From the human T2T-CHM13v2.0 reference genome, Homo sapiens, in NCBI RefSeq assembly GCF_009914755.1, contig NC_060930.1: DNA of 64,000 bases; one strand, written 5' to 3'. This document shows, piece after piece, positions 27,937 to 43,803 of this stretch; within the stretch, counting starts at the first letter, position 1; the number at the start of each line of letters is the position of its first letter. The notes beneath the pieces are model-generated. The model worked only from the letters and a program-made list of their open reading frames with translations. It was not told the DNA's origin and searched no databases. The position numbers were made by a program, and so were the translations under genes.

Positions 27937-29484
27937 ATTTTTATCATCACAAAGATCTCTCATATTGCTTTTTTTTCTTCTGCCCCACATATCCCCTCCT
28001 TAACTTTGGCAGCCACTAATCTTTTCTGTTTGTATAATTATGTCATTTGAAGAATCTTATATAAATGGAATTATACAACATATAAACACTTGGGACTTGT
28101 TTTTTCACTCAGCATAATTCTCAAGAGATTCATCCATGTTGTATACATCAGTGGTTTATCCTTTGTTATTGCTAAGTAGTATTCCAAAATATGGACGTAT
28201 CAAAGTTTAACTGTTCACCCATTGAGGGATATCTGGGTCATTTCAAGTTTCTGTAATGATCATAAATGGTATTGTGTTTTTAACTTCAGTGTACACGTGC
28301 TTGTTGCTAGTATACTAAAATACAGTTGAATTTTGTATGTTTATCTTATATTCTATGGCATTGGTAAGCTCTAAATTAGTTCTAGTAATATTTTTACTAG
28401 CATTTGGGAATTACTCTACATCTATAATCATGCAATCTACAAATGGGAGTAGTTTTATTTCTTTCCTTTAGATTTGTATGCACTTTATTTATTTTTCTTG
28501 TTTAATTGCACTGGCTAGACCTTCCTGTATATGTTGAGTGAAAGTAGTGAGAGCCGATATCTGTGCCTTGATATAGATCTTAGGAGAAAGTCATTCAGTG
28601 TTTCCTAATTAAGTATAATGATATCTGTAGTTATTTTGTATATGTTTTTTGTCAAGTGGAGGAAGTCCTTTCTTGACTGTTTTTTGAGAGTTTTTATCAT
28701 AAGTGGGTATTTGATTGTGAAGTTGTCTGTTTGTTTTCTTTCAGTTCAATCAGTTTTCACTTTAAGTATTTTGCAGCTCTGTTGTCTGGAAAATACATGT
28801 TTAGGATTTTTATATCTTTCTTGGTGGACTGACACTTTTATCGTTGTATTATATCTCTATATTTCGATTTATTATAATTTTTTTCTTTTTCCTGGAGCCA
28901 TTCTTTCATGTTAAGTATTCTGAAAATAAATAATCTCTTTATTTTTTTTGAACTGATGATGTCTCGATCCCCCTTCATTCTTGAAAGATACTTTCACTGG
29001 ACATGAAATTGTTGAGTTGACGGTTGTTTTCTTTCAGCCTGTGAAAAACGTGCCACTTTCTTTTGGTATTTGTTGTTCCTGGTAAGAAATACACTGTCAT
29101 TTTATTAGTCCTTTCCCTATGGTTAAGGTGTCATTGCTCTCTCACTAATTTTAATATTTTTTTCTTTTTCTTTAGTTTCCAGATGTTTGGCTATGATGAG
29201 TCTTAGTATGAATTTCTTTGACTTTATCTTGTTTCTGTTTCACTCGGCCCCTTGAATCTGTGGTTTTAGGTCTTTCACTACATTTGAGAAGCTTCCAGCC
29301 ATTATTTTTTAAAGTACTTTTTAACTCCACCTATTTTCTCTTCTCTGCTGGGATTTTGATAACATAAATGTATATTTTGTTAAAGTCCTATCGGTGTCTG
29401 ATGCTCTCTTGCTTATTTTCAGTCTATTTTCTCTCTGTTGCTCAGACTGGGTAAGTTCTAACATCCTATCTTCAATTTTCCCAT

Positions 29485-32169
29485 TGGTAAAGATTGAATT
29501 TAGGGTCCAACAAAATTTCATGTTAGAGCCTCAAGCCCAGTGTGGCTGTATTTGGATGTGGGTCCTTCAAGGAAGTGACTAAGGTTAAATGAGATCATAA
29601 GGGTGGAATTCTGATCTGATAGAATTTGTATCCTTAACAGAGAGCTTGTGCTTGTGCAGGCATCTCTCTCTCTCTCTCTCTCTCCCTCTCTCCCTCTCTC
29701 TTTCCCCCTACCCCACTTCTCTCTTTGTATTTATGCACATACCAAATAAAAGTCATGGGAAGACACAGTGGGAAGGCAGCTGTCTGCAAGCCAGGAAGCA
29801 AGCCCTCACCAGAAATCACATTGGCCAGAACATTGATCTTGGACTACTCAATTTTCAGAACTGTGAGAAATATATTTCTATTGTTTAAGCAACCCAGTCT
29901 GTGGTATTTTATATGGCAGCCTGAACAGATCGATTTTAGTACTAAAAATATTAGTGGGTGCTTCTGTAACAAATACCTGAAAATGAGGAAGCAGCTTCAG
30001 AATTGGGCCATGTGTAAAGGCTAGAGGAGTTTTGGGGTACATACCAGAAAAAGCCTAGATTACCATGAAGGGACTATTGGTGGAAATGTGTACGTTAAAG
30101 TTGACTCTGGGGAGGAGAGCAAGAAAATAGAAGGCCTGGAGAGAAAGTCTTCGTCTTCTTGAGAATGCATATATCATCATAAACAGATTGTTGGTAGAAA
30201 TATGGATGGGAATGGTCATTCTAGTATGGTCTCAGGTGGAAATGAGGAACAGGTTATTGGAAACTGGAGTAAAGGTGATCCTTGTTATAAAGTGGCAAGC
30301 ACCTTGGCTAAACTGTGTCCTGGCATTTTGTGGAAGGTGGACTTTGACAGTGATGAAATTGGACATTTAGCTGAGGAGATTTCTAAGAAAAATATTGAAG
30401 AAGCATATTCGGTTTTCCTTACATTAGGAGTAAGATATGAGAGAAGAGAGGTAAATTGAAGAAAGTATTCAGCAAAAGGGAGCCAGAACTTGATGATTTA
30501 GAAAATTCCCAGACTATCCATATTGCAAAAAAGGAGAAAACATATTCCAAAGAGAACACTACAGGTGTAGATGAACAACTACTTGATAAGATTCATGTTT
30601 CTGTAAACCGCAAATGGAATCAACCACTTCAGCGGAAGCCAGAAGTAGAGATGGGATTATACCTGCAGAGACACTGCCAGTTTGAAGTAAGGGAACCTAA
30701 GAAAGCATGACACAATGAAAGGAGGCTATTGGATTTCTGGAATCTACAGAAGGGGACCAGAAAGCTATTGAGCTGTGAACATGCTTCATCCTTTAAGAAA
30801 AAGAAAAGAAAAGAATGTCCCTGAAGGTGATTCAGAGGTTATTAGGGCTTCCTCCTCTGTTTCAAAGAGGAAGCTACCACCTCTGTTTCAATGGGCTTGG
30901 CTGCTCTCACCAAAGTCCTTATAGGCAGAACCACCTGGCAAAGTCCCAAAGGCAGGGCCACCACAGCTGAAGGAGCAGGTCTTCCCTGCAGAACTATGGG
31001 GGTGATGCTGCCATCTCAGTGGGCCTGGAAGAAGAAGCATTGATCCAAAGTTTATTCTTGTCTTCAGATCTATTGGAATTTACCTGCTAGGTTTTGGGCT
31101 TGCACGGGATCCATCAACTCTTTCTTCTTTCCTGTTTCTTCCTTTGGAATAGGAATGTCCATGCTGTGCCTGTCTAGCCATTATATTTTGGAAGTACATA
31201 CTTGTCTGTTTTCACATGTTCACAGATAGAGAGGTGATAGGGTTTGGCTGTGTCCCCACCCAAATCTCATCTTGAATTGTAGCTCCAATAATTCCCACAT
31301 GTTGTGGGTGGGACCCAGTGGGAGATCATTGAATCATGGGGGCAGTTTTCTCCATATTGCTTTCATGGTAGTGAGTAAGTCTCATGAGATCTGATAGTTT
31401 TATAAGAGGAAAACCCTTTTGCTTGGTTCTCATTTTCTCCATTGTCTGCCACCATGTAAGACATGCTTTTCACCTTCCACCATGATTGTGAGGCCTCCCC
31501 AGCCATGCGGAACTTGAGTCCATCAAATCTCTTTTTCTTTATAAATCACCCACTCTTGGGTATTTCTTTATCTGCAGTGTGAAAAAGGACTAATACAAGA
31601 GGCATTCTACCTCATGATGAATCATACCTTGAGTCTCACCCATGTCTGATTTAGATGAGTTTAGATGAGACTTTGGACTTTAGACTTTAGGGTTGATGCT
31701 GGAATGAGTTAAAACATTCAGGGCTGTCAGGATGATATTTGCACACAAGGAGAACATGAATTTCTGGAGGTTGGAGGTGGAATGTTATGGACTGAATGTT
31801 TGTGTCCTCCCAAATTCTTATGCTGAAGCCCTAACCCCCAGTGTGGCTGTCTTTAGAGCTGGGGAGTCTAAGGAAGTAATTAAGATTAAATGAGTCCGTA
31901 AGGGTGGGGTCCTTATCAGGTAGGATTAATTTCCTTATAAGATGAGACATCAGAGAGCCCGCTCTTACTGTGAGTGCTCCAAAGAAAGACCATGTGAGGA
32001 TGCAGCAAGCAGGTGGCCATCTGCAAGCCCGAAAGAGAACCCTGGCTGGACACGGATCAGCTGGAACTTGGATTATGGGCTTCCGAACCTCTAGAACTGT
32101 GAGGAATAAGTTTCTGTGTAAGCCATCCAGTCTGTGGTAGTTTGTTAAGGCAGCCAACAGACTAAGACA
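29485..32169 (+). mobile_element. Full-structure MLT1A-type MaLR: 5' LTR ~29485-29931, internal region, 3' LTR 31783-32169
   Basis: Two related LTRs (CCCAGTGTGGCTGT; AGAACTGTGAG; 3' LTR TGTTATGGACTGAATG...GACTAAGACA) flank an MLT1-int-like region that begins GATTTTAGTACT. Confidence 0.8.
31235..31597 (+). mobile_element. THE1 solo LTR inserted in the MLT1A internal region
   Basis: TGATAGGGTTTGGCTGTGTCCCC...GGACTAATACA with a perfect 5-bp TSD AGAGG (31230-31234 / 31598-31602). Confidence 0.92.
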
Positions 32170-33457
32170 ATAGCCAGCATGCACCCCTCCATTCAGCTGT
32201 CAAGCCTTCCATTGAGTGTTTTATTTCAGCTGTGTGCAGTAATTGTAGTCATGATACAAAGTAAACACAAAAATATTGTAGCAAACAAAAACTCACAAGG
32301 AATGCAAAATCATCACTTAAAGGTTGGCAAACACGAAGGCTTGATCTCAAAGAAACAAACAAAAATCCTGGGCCTAAGACATTGGGTTTTGGTGTCTTTG
32401 GAAATTATCTAAAATGTGTCAGTTAATGGCTCAATACAACTGTGATTGATTAGCCAGTCATTTGTGGGATGATCATAGTTACTCAGCATTCTCTCTTAAA
32501 TGCTTACTCTTTAAATAAGTTACTGAATTATCTGCATGTATTTAATAAATAAATATTTATTAAGGGCCCTTTATTTCCTTGGTGCCATTCTAAGCATGGA
32601 GATTAGATTAAAAAAATATAATGTACTTAATACCTATATTGATTGTATTTTGGTTTTAGCCTTATAATTATGAAAAAGAAAAGTCCTCAGTATGTAGGGT
32701 GTGTATTGTGGGCACTGATATAATGAGTACTTAAAAAATTTCTTCTTCTTTATTTCTAGTAGAAGCTGTTTCTTACTCTTGTTTATAACAGAAAGGAAAG
32801 AATAAGTGTTAAATATATGCAGCATAAAGTCTCTCTTGGACTCCATCTCCATGTAGAATTATTCCTGAAAAATAGCAGTGACTCAAAAGGCTCCCTGATC
32901 CTCACAGGTGGTCAGAGGTTTCAGTGTGGCAGCTGGCAAGCCCAACCCACCGCTGCGGAGCAGCAGCAGGGGGACCACTAGAAAGAGCCAGTTGGAAGGA
33001 TTTACTTTCAGTTTGTTTTTTTTTTTCCCCTTAATCAATGGAAAAATATCTGTAATAGTTAGCCTGATAAGCGGAAAAAGGGAAATGTAAGACTCAAATT
33101 ATTGGTTCATAAAATAAAGCTCCAGACAATTCTGTTTTATTATACAGAATGGATTGGTTGTGGTCTGTTAGCAGGCAGAGACACTATGCATACAGATACC
33201 ATAATAATAGTAAAGAATGGTTGAGTGGAGAACCAGTGCCTCTGTTCCAATTATTTTTATAATTGCTCTCTATCTACTATCTCTACAGATATTCCATAAA
33301 CAGTGTGCAACACTAACTCCATCCTTTCGTTGCATTTGTTATTATTTTTGCTATAGACAAAATTTTCAACCATGCAGAAACAAAAGTTTAAAACCGTTAC
33401 GTTGTTCTCTGCATTTACAGGTTTGCAGTAATGTAGGGTAATTAGACATGCTGTTAA

Positions 33458-33825
<368 letters not shown>

Positions 33826-34584
33826 CCCAAAAGCCTTCTTAATTTTGACCATTGGACATTCATATATGTGTGTGTGTGTAGTAATTCAAATCAGAAAAAC
33901 AACCAAAAGGGGCCAGCTCTCAAAATCCAGGCACTTTAGTGAGACAAAGGCTATTTCAGATTTCAAGGGCTCAACTCTGTGGATTAATATCTTGCCATTC
34001 AAAGAGGTAGTTACTACTGTGAGGTCATTTATTGATTCCGTTAACAAATATGTGTTGACTACTTACGATGGGCCAGGGACGGCTTTGATGCTGAGGGTCA
34101 GCGGATTTCAAAGCTAACTATGTAAGAATTTACATATGTAATATGTAGTTATTATATGTAAATATATAATTACATATTTTAGATTTCAAAGCTAAATATG
34201 TAATAAATATTTAATGTGTTGCCAGAAACATTTTTCCCTGAGCAGCAACTGAACAGTGGGAAACCACTCAGCTGGAGGCATGGTCCTATTGGCCCTGCTG
34301 GCCTACTGTCCTGCAGTTTTGATATATCAGCATTCATTGAAGATAAAATTGCTTTTCCCTGTAGTTTTTGTTTGTCTCAAAACCAGTCTAAGACATGCTT
34401 TCTTCATTTGAGAGATGTCCAGAAGAGGGCTTGAAAAAGAAGACCAAATACAGTGTTGTCAGTGGTGCACCAGGATTGGGAAGGGTAAAAATGTCCACAG
34501 AAGACAGAATAGACAAGAGACTAGCTGAAGGATCAATGTATCTGTACATAAGCAGACAACTAATAATAATAGTAAAGAATGGTT

Positions 34585-35100
34585 GAGTTTCCAAACCTAC
34601 TGCTTTGTAAAAACAAACAGAACAAAAACCACCCTAAATCTTAGTGGCTCAAAACAACCATAATGTTTCTGCTGATCTTGCTTGGCTCACATATATGACT
34701 GCATCAGCCAGCCATTCAGACCTGGATGGAATTCTGATGTGTCCTCACATACTCGTGGTGGGAGCTGATGGGGGGCTGGAAGTTTCTTCTCTTTTCTCCC
34801 ACCACTCTCTCACCCCTTTCTCTCCCACCACTCTCTCACCCCTTTCTCTCCCTGCACCCTTCTCCATTTATTCACTAGGCTGGCTCAGCCTTCTGTATTT
34901 GGCAGCAGGGCAATCTAAGGAACTGAAGGCAGAAGCTGCAAGCTCCTGAGACCCAGGCTCTGAATCTTCCACAGTGTCACTTCTGCCAGGTTCTGCTGGT
35001 GAACGCAAATCACAGGGAACAGATCTAATGGTCAGTGACATAGACTGTATCATCTCTTAAAGGGAGTTATGCAGAAAATTGTGACCATATTTGATCTACA
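34585..35100 (-). mobile_element. MLT1(H/I-like) MaLR LTR
   Basis: CCACCCTAAATCTTAGTGGCTCAAAACAAC; GGCAGAAGCTGCAAG; GTGTCACTTCTGCCA. Internal 26-bp tandem duplication at ~34796-34851. Confidence 0.7.
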
Positions 35101-35394
35101 GCACCTATTAAGGACTGCGTGTCCTGTGTATAAGAACATAATTATGTAAATATATGATATACATATTTCAAAATAACTTCTGTTGAATAAGAGATGACTG
35201 GAAATTAAAACACATAAAAGAAGAAAAGACCGTGAGAGAGTGCAAAATAGGCTTTTGTATCATGTTGAAACAATGTAAAGCTTGTAGTAAAGTTGCAAGA
35301 ATTGTTTGAAGAACTTCCATCTGTCATTTATTTGAATTTCCCAAATGCAAATATTTTACCACATTTGCTTCAGCAGTAGAATAAGGATGAATGG

Positions 35395-35622
35395 GTACAT
35401 ATAAATTCAGGAAGTAGATTAGTAGCTGTGGGTGGGATAGTGAGAATGGGAAGTGAGTACTGATGGGTAAGGGGTTTCTTTGAGCAGGATGTAAAAATGT
35501 ATAGAATTAAAACACGGTCTTGAGTGGTACAACTCAGGGGGTATACTAAAAACACGAAATTCTACACTTTTGATGAGTTAATTTTATGGTATGTGATTTA
35601 TATCTTAATAAAACTCTTTAAA
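35395..35622 (+). mobile_element. L1M 3' end
   Basis: Ends TTTTATGGTATGTGATTTATATCTTAATAAA. Confidence 0.7.
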
Positions 35623-38600
35623 AATACTATACATGAGTACTAGGTGAACAAATGTCATTATTAATGAAATCAAATGAAAAGTTGTGGGGCTTAATGTATG
35701 CTAGGACTCTATTCTAGGTCATCAGAGAGGCTACATTGTCAAAATAAATAGGAGGATATTGGTGAAGTCCGTGAAGTGACCTGTGAACTTATATCCCCGC
35801 CCCTCTGAGTATGTCCTTTCAGCCTGAGGCATTAGGTGGTTTCAGTTATTTCACGGGCCCAACGTGTGACTCTCTGACTCAAGGGAGTTAGAGAAATTGA
35901 GCGGCTTTCCTGGGTCTCCTGGCCTGCGTGTGGCAGGAACTGGGTAGCAAGAAACCGAGGCCTGGATCCAGCCTCCTGCACCCTGCCAGTATATGTACGT
36001 AGGGATCTGATGGGCCAGTTTTGACTTGGTGGGTTATATAAAACAGACATGGCCCATTGTAGATTTATAAATACGTATAGAAAAATAGAAATATCAAATG
36101 TTGTTCAAAGGAAAAGAAACCTGAAACTAAACAGAGTTGACATAGGCAGTTGTTCCATCTTTTGGCTGATCAGAGCACTCTTTGTATCAGTATCTTTCAG
36201 AAGTATCTGGTTTTCCTTCACAAAACATTCGTTCTCATTTTAATTTGTTGCTTGTAGTTTGCATTAAGTCATATTTTAATTCATTTTATGTGTCATTTAC
36301 CTAGAAAATTATTAATAAGAAATAACCACAGCAGCTAAATAACAACTGATAGCTTTTGGACAGGCTTAAATAAGTTTTGAATAACTTCTTGATTGCTACT
36401 GTAGCTAAAATACGTGTTTTGTGAAAAATACACATTATATTATTGTCAGGGTAAGAAACTGAGATAAATTATAGGTAATTTCCATTTTGTAGTACTGTTT
36501 CTATGGTTATATAAGCAATTTATGTTATTTCAGTATTTGTTACCATGGTTATTTCAGGTAATTCCAGGTTAATAAAATTAAAATGGTGTGGGGTTTTTTG
36601 TTTGTTTGTTTGTTTTGTTTTGTTTTTGGTGATGGTTGTTGAGTAAAACTGTTCATGTGGAAAGAAAGAAATATCCCTTATTGGTAAAATCGAGTATTTC
36701 ACTTAGTCGTGGTACTGGGTGACTGGAGGAGAGTAAAAGAGTGGGCACCTCATTCTTATTAGGAACCCCCTCCACTCCTCTCCCACCCTTAGACAACTGT
36801 GAGACCCAGGCATCTCGAGCAGCTCCAGTTAAGCTCTTGCACATGATGGGCTGAGCCACGATAACAGATGGAAAATACGCTCTAAATCCTAACATTCCCT
36901 CAGCTGCTTCATATAAAAAGAGTGACAGAAAAATTAATGACTGCGAGCTCAGAAACAGAAAGTACTGTCCAGATGCTTGTTTTGTTGTTGTTGCTGATAC
37001 TGTTTCTATTGTTTATTCATTTTTCTCTTGTTCTCCTCTGATGGACACACGGGCTGACATAAACTTAAAGAGGAGATACGTGTATTGGAGTAGATGCCCG
37101 AAATGACTTTTTAAGGTGTGATGGTGGGCAGGGAAGATACCTTTAGTACAGGATTGATGCGCCAAGCCTGCCAGGGAAAAGGGAGTGGTAGAAACCCCAC
37201 TGGAAGAGCAAGGGCATCCTCATGGGCAGAGCAGCAATGTCCAAAGCTCATGCTACGCTGGACTTGGCCGACGTCTAGGGGGACTAAGTTTCTTCTGGCC
37301 AGTTAGGGACCCCACTGATTAGGCATGTGACCTTCATTTGACTTGGCAGTAGTCTCTAAAAAATCTGAAACTAAACATCTGGCCCTCCCCTGCAGAGCCT
37401 TGTGAGGTGAGTGGAGAGAGAGAGACGTCATTGGAATTTTACAGCATAAATATTGAGTGGCTTTATCTTAGTTTTTTTCTCATTATCTTTTTCTCACTTT
37501 TCTTACCTCCACAGTTTCTTAGTTTTCCTTTCTTGCCCTCCTCATCCATCTGATTTAAATTTTACATTTTGTTGTCTCATATGTATTTCTGTTAAGCTCT
37601 GATAAACCATTATGGGGCAGAGTATGGTATGAGTTAATAAAAGTAATAGAAGTTAGGAACCATTATTGCAATGACAGTATAAAAGTAGAATAAGAACTGC
37701 ACATACTGCATATGCGTACACATGTTCAAGTGTGCACAACACTGTTTCAGCTAAAAATCTATATCTGTATATCTACATTCACATCTATCTTTTTAAAACG
37801 TGTGTGTTATTTGAGCATTTGTAAATTAAATAATTGCTAAAAGCATCATGTTATTACATATCTAATTTTGCCCATCTTACATAAATACCAGGATTCTCCA
37901 GTACAATTCATAATCTAACAAAATATCTTATTGGGAAACCATAAAACCAATTCTACGTCTCTTAATGCCAACACCAGTGGGGTACATATTTTAGTAGGTA
38001 TGAATAATGTGTCCACTACATTCCAGCAAATGTATGCTACTGAATCTCCAGGAAAATTTTTAGATAATGTCTTATTTTCCTTTTTTCCTCCCTATGGAGA
38101 CAGGAAGAAGTTCTGATACAAGGGAAGGAAACAATCCTCAGACAAAAAAAATACCCAGTTCAACTTACTATGCAGATCAATTAGAACAATTTAACTGAAT
38201 TTTCTGCCTGTCTCTTCATGTACAAATAGCTCCTGTTCAGAGATCCTCACAATTGCTGTGAAACTCAAAGCAAGAAAGTAATTTTTCATGACCTGTAAGC
38301 ACATACAATACTAGCATAAGAAAGAAAAATACATTTTTTCTTTCCGAATAAATTAAACACATCTGGATAAAACCACTTTCTACTCCACAAAAGAACTTGG
38401 AAAGAATATATTTGGATTGTTTAGTGGGATTCCCTTTCCACAACACATTCAAAGAGTCTCTTTCTCTCCTTTTTTTAAAACCAGGATTACTCTGTTTTAG
38501 ACCTGTCATTCTTCCATGTTGCTAACTTGACAAACTCGGTCTTTAAATACGCAATTGAATCAGCCTGTTTCAAGAAATATTACACAGAGCATATCAAAGC

Positions 38601-39431
38601 AAACACAATTCCAGCTCAATTTTAATAATGCTTTTACTTTACTCTAATTATAAAGTATGTTCAATGGCAGTTTCAAAATTAAATGAAAAATTTTTACATG
38701 ACATCTTAGCACCCATAGGATAATTGAAAAGGAAGGTTGGCTGAGTAGATTAGGATATGAAAGCTAATATGTCAAAAGAATTTTTGTTTAAAGAAATGAA
38801 ATCTATTTTCAATCTGGGGAACATATGGCGGAAGAATCATAGATCTGGAAGAAAGGGACATTAAGCATTCAACAGGTACAGCTCTATAGTATGGAAGAAA
38901 TTTTACAGCAAGAACAACTGCAACGAGCAAGAGGCTCACATCGCCTCCTTGAGCCTGAGTAGGATCCTCCACATTCTTCAGATCGTTATACAGAAGATCT
39001 CTCTTCAAATAAGGGCAAAAACATGACATTCAGTTTCGGCATTATTGCGTTTACTGCTCAATGCATTTAACTTTACTCGTTTTATCGACATTCTCTCTGA
39101 GACTCCTTATTTTGCCCATAACTGCAGTAGGTTGGCCATACTTACATTAGTAATGTGATGTTGAAGGTTCAATGCAGTCACTTGACCTGGAGTTTGGGGT
39201 GAAGATAAACCACAAGGATTATTTATATTACCAGCAGAGTAGCCCTGATGAGACTATGTGACTTCCTTCTCAGTAAGGATTCCAGATGTCCCAATCAAGA
39301 TGATCAATAACATTAAAAATGAAATAAATTACCATATTCATTAAATATATGGAAATAGCATATTCATTTATTTTACTAAAAATGAAGTGGATTAGCATAT
39401 TCTTAGTGGTTATTTTAAGATTAGATATTAA

Positions 39432-39863
<432 letters not shown>

Positions 39864-40129
39864 TAACGTATACTAATTATTAGTAGAGATACAAAATGAG
39901 GATTTGTAATATGCCAAATTTTATTTTCTTTTATTATCACAAAAAACACACCAGATAGATATGTTTCTTTTCATATTTCAAAGGTAGGAAAACAGTCATC
40001 GAGGAGCTACCTACCCCCAGGTCACCTGCCATACATTGGCAAGATCCAGGCCTTCAACTTATATTCTGTGTTTTTACAGAAGTTTTTTGTAGTATTGCTA
40101 CATGTCAGTAGCCCTTAATCATTCTAACC

Positions 40130-40890
<761 letters not shown>

Positions 40891-42326
40891 AATATTTGAT
40901 ATTAAATAATATTTGTGAGTATGATTTTAATGACTATATAATATCTTAAGAATAAATCTCCCATCATGATAATCCTCCACTTACTATTTATATTCTAGAT
41001 TTTGTTTATATAAATAATTTCATACTTTTTAAAATATTTCTATTTATGGTAGACTTTTTTTAGGTAGTGCTAATGAGTGAGTATGGATCTTGTAAGGCAT
41101 TACTGCATATGATCAAATTTCTTTCCTAGCTGTTACAGTCAGTCTTGCTATGAGTATTCTTGCACATCAAGTGAACTTTCTGTTGAGCATGTACCTCATG
41201 ATATAATTGCTAGGTCATGGATTTACTCATGTTTCACATTAATAGATACTTCCCAACAATCTTCTAGAGTAGTTTTCCCAGTTGACCCTCCCATTAGCAT
41301 TATAGGACAGTTCTAATTGCATCAGCTTCTTGACACACTTGGTAATTTTTTTAGTGTATTTTCCATTTTACCTAATATGGTAGAAGTGGAATTGTATCCC
41401 ATTATGGTTATCATTTTCATTTCCCTGATGACTCACAGATGAGCAAATTAATGTGTTTATTGGTAATTTGAGTATTCTGTTTTGTGAGATGTCTTTTCAA
41501 GTTTTGCTTTTCTTTTAATTTGATTGTCCATCTTAGACTTACTTGCTTGTTAGAGTTCTTTATGTATTCCAGAGATCAGCCTCTTGTTGACCGTATGTAT
41601 TTAGAAGATCTTCTCCCATGATGGGGCTTGCTTTTGCAATATATTAATCACTTTAAATAATTTGTAATATATTTCAGTATATATTTTTCCTCTTTTGTAG
41701 TTGCTGCTTTTTTCCTATTTCTTTAAGAAATCAGCTCAACTCCAAGGTCAGCCTGATGTTCTCTTGTTTCCTGCTAAAATAGTTTTCATTTTAATATCAA
41801 TTTAAATATGAATTCCATCTGAAATTTGATTTTGTATTTTGTCTGAAATAGGATTCCATGTACACTTTGTTTTCCAGAAGAGAATACAATTACATAGCAC
41901 CAACCACCAATTTTTCCACTGAACTGTATTAATTAATATAGTTTTTTGTTAGGTCTTGATTTTTGAAATATAAATTCCCCAGATTTATTCTTCCAGAACA
42001 TCTTCACTAATCCTGTGCTTTTGCATTTCTGTAATTTTAGTATCATTGTATCAATTTCTAAAAAAAACTTTCTTGGATTTTGAATTTTGGTTGAGATTTA
42101 AATGAATTTATAGAAAAATTTTGGAAATATTGACATCTTCACAACACTGAATGTTTCAATATGTGAACATACAACTGGGAAATATTGCTCCTCTTTCATT
42201 AGATTTATTTCTAGTATTTGATATTATTAATATTGCGATATTGTATTGATATTGCAATAGTAAGTGGCAACTTTTAGAAATATACATTTTCCAGTTGTTT
42301 GTTGCTAGAACATAAAATACAATTAC

Positions 42327-43051
42327 TTTTTTATTTTTTTATTATTTTTTTAATCTTTCAATTTTCCTTTATTTTTTATTTTTTTATTATACTTTAAGTT
42401 CTAGGGTACATGTGCACAATGTGCAGATTTGTTACATATGTATACATGTGCCATGCTGGTGTGCTGCACCCGTTAACTCCTCATTTACATTAGGCATATC
42501 TCCTAATGCTATCCGTTCCCCCTCCCCCGACCCCATGACAGGCTCTGGTGTGTGACATATTTCTCCCTGTGTCCAGGTGTTCTCATTATTCAATTTCCAC
42601 CTATAAGTGAGAACATGCGGTGTTTGGTTTTCTGTCCTTGCAACAGTTTGCTCAGAATGATGGTTTCTAGCTTCATCTGTGTCCCTACAAAGGACATGAA
42701 CTCATCCTTTTTTATGGTTGCATAGCATTCCATGGTGTATATGTGCCACATTTTCTTATTCCAGTCTATCATTGATGGGCATTTGGGTTGGTTCCAAGTC
42801 TTTGCTATTGTGAATAGTGCAGCAATAAACATACATGTGCATGTGTCTTTATAGCAGCATGATTTATAATCCTTTGGGTGTATGCCCAGTAATGGGATGG
42901 CTGGGTCAAATGGTATTTCTAGTTCTAGATCCATGAGGAATCGCCACACTGTCTTCCACAATGGTTGAACTAGTTTACAGTCCCACCAACAGCATAAAAG
43001 CATTCTTATTTCTCCACATCCTCTCCAGCACCTGTTTCTTCCTGACTTTTT
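42327..43051 (-). mobile_element. L1PA4/5-like 3' end (older copy; may continue at 43752-43803)
   Basis: ORF 42590-43003 is the ORF2 C-terminus. TTCTAGGGTAC and TCATTTACATTAGG diagnostics. Confidence 0.88.
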
Positions 43052-43803
43052 TATTTATTTTTTATTTTTTTATTTTATTATTATTATTATATTTTAAGTT
43101 TTAGGGTACATGTGCACAATGTGCAGGTTAGTTACATATGTATACATGTGCCATGCTGGTGTGCTGCACCCATTAACTCGTCATTTAGCATTAGGTATAT
43201 CTCCTAATGCTATCCCTCTCCCCTCCCCCCACCCCACAACAGTCCCCAGAGTGTGATGTTCCCCTTCCTGTGTCCATGTGTTCTCATTGTTCAATTCCCA
43301 TCTATGAGTGAGAACATGCGGTGTTTGGTTTTTTGTCCTTGCGATAGTTTACTGAGAATGATTATTTCCAATTTCATCCATGTCCCTACAAAGGACATGA
43401 ACTCATCATTTTTTATGGCTGCATAGTATTCCATGGTGTATATGTGCCACATTTTCTTAATCCAGTCTATCATTGTTGGACATTTGGGTTGGTTCCAAGT
43501 CTTTGCTATTGTGGATAGTGCCGCAATAAACATACGTGTGTGTGTGTCTTTATAGCAGCATGATTTATAGTCCTTTGGGTATATACCCAGTAATGGGATG
43601 GCTGGGTCACATGGTATTTCTAGTTCTAGATCCCTGAGGAATCGCCACACTGACTTCCACAATGGTTGAACTAGTTACAGTCCCACCAACAGTGTAAAAG
43701 TGTTCCTATTTCTCCACATCCTCTCCAGCACCTGTTGTTTCCTGACTTTTTAATGATTGCCATTTTAACTTGTGTGGGATGGTATCTCATTGCGGTTTTG
43801 ATT
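43052..43803 (-). mobile_element. L1PA3-like 3' end (younger copy)
   Basis: ORF 43291-43662 is the ORF2 C-terminus. TTTTAGGGTAC, TCATTTAGCATTAGG and ACAGTCCCCAGAG diagnostics. Confidence 0.88.

Larger units (their letters stand above)
25800..29484 (-). mobile_element. Nested old L1M fragments, including an L1MC-like 3' end (~27200-28720)
   Basis: T-rich antisense L1 motifs (AGCCATTATTTCTTC; TATAAATGGAATTATACAA; TTGAGTGAAAGTAGTGAGAG). Confidence 0.65.

Noticed and set aside
29900-30710. ORFs in the MaLR internal region as a domesticated gag-like gene
   Set aside because: Short, frame-broken pieces (60-99 aa) consistent with neutral decay of MLT1-int.
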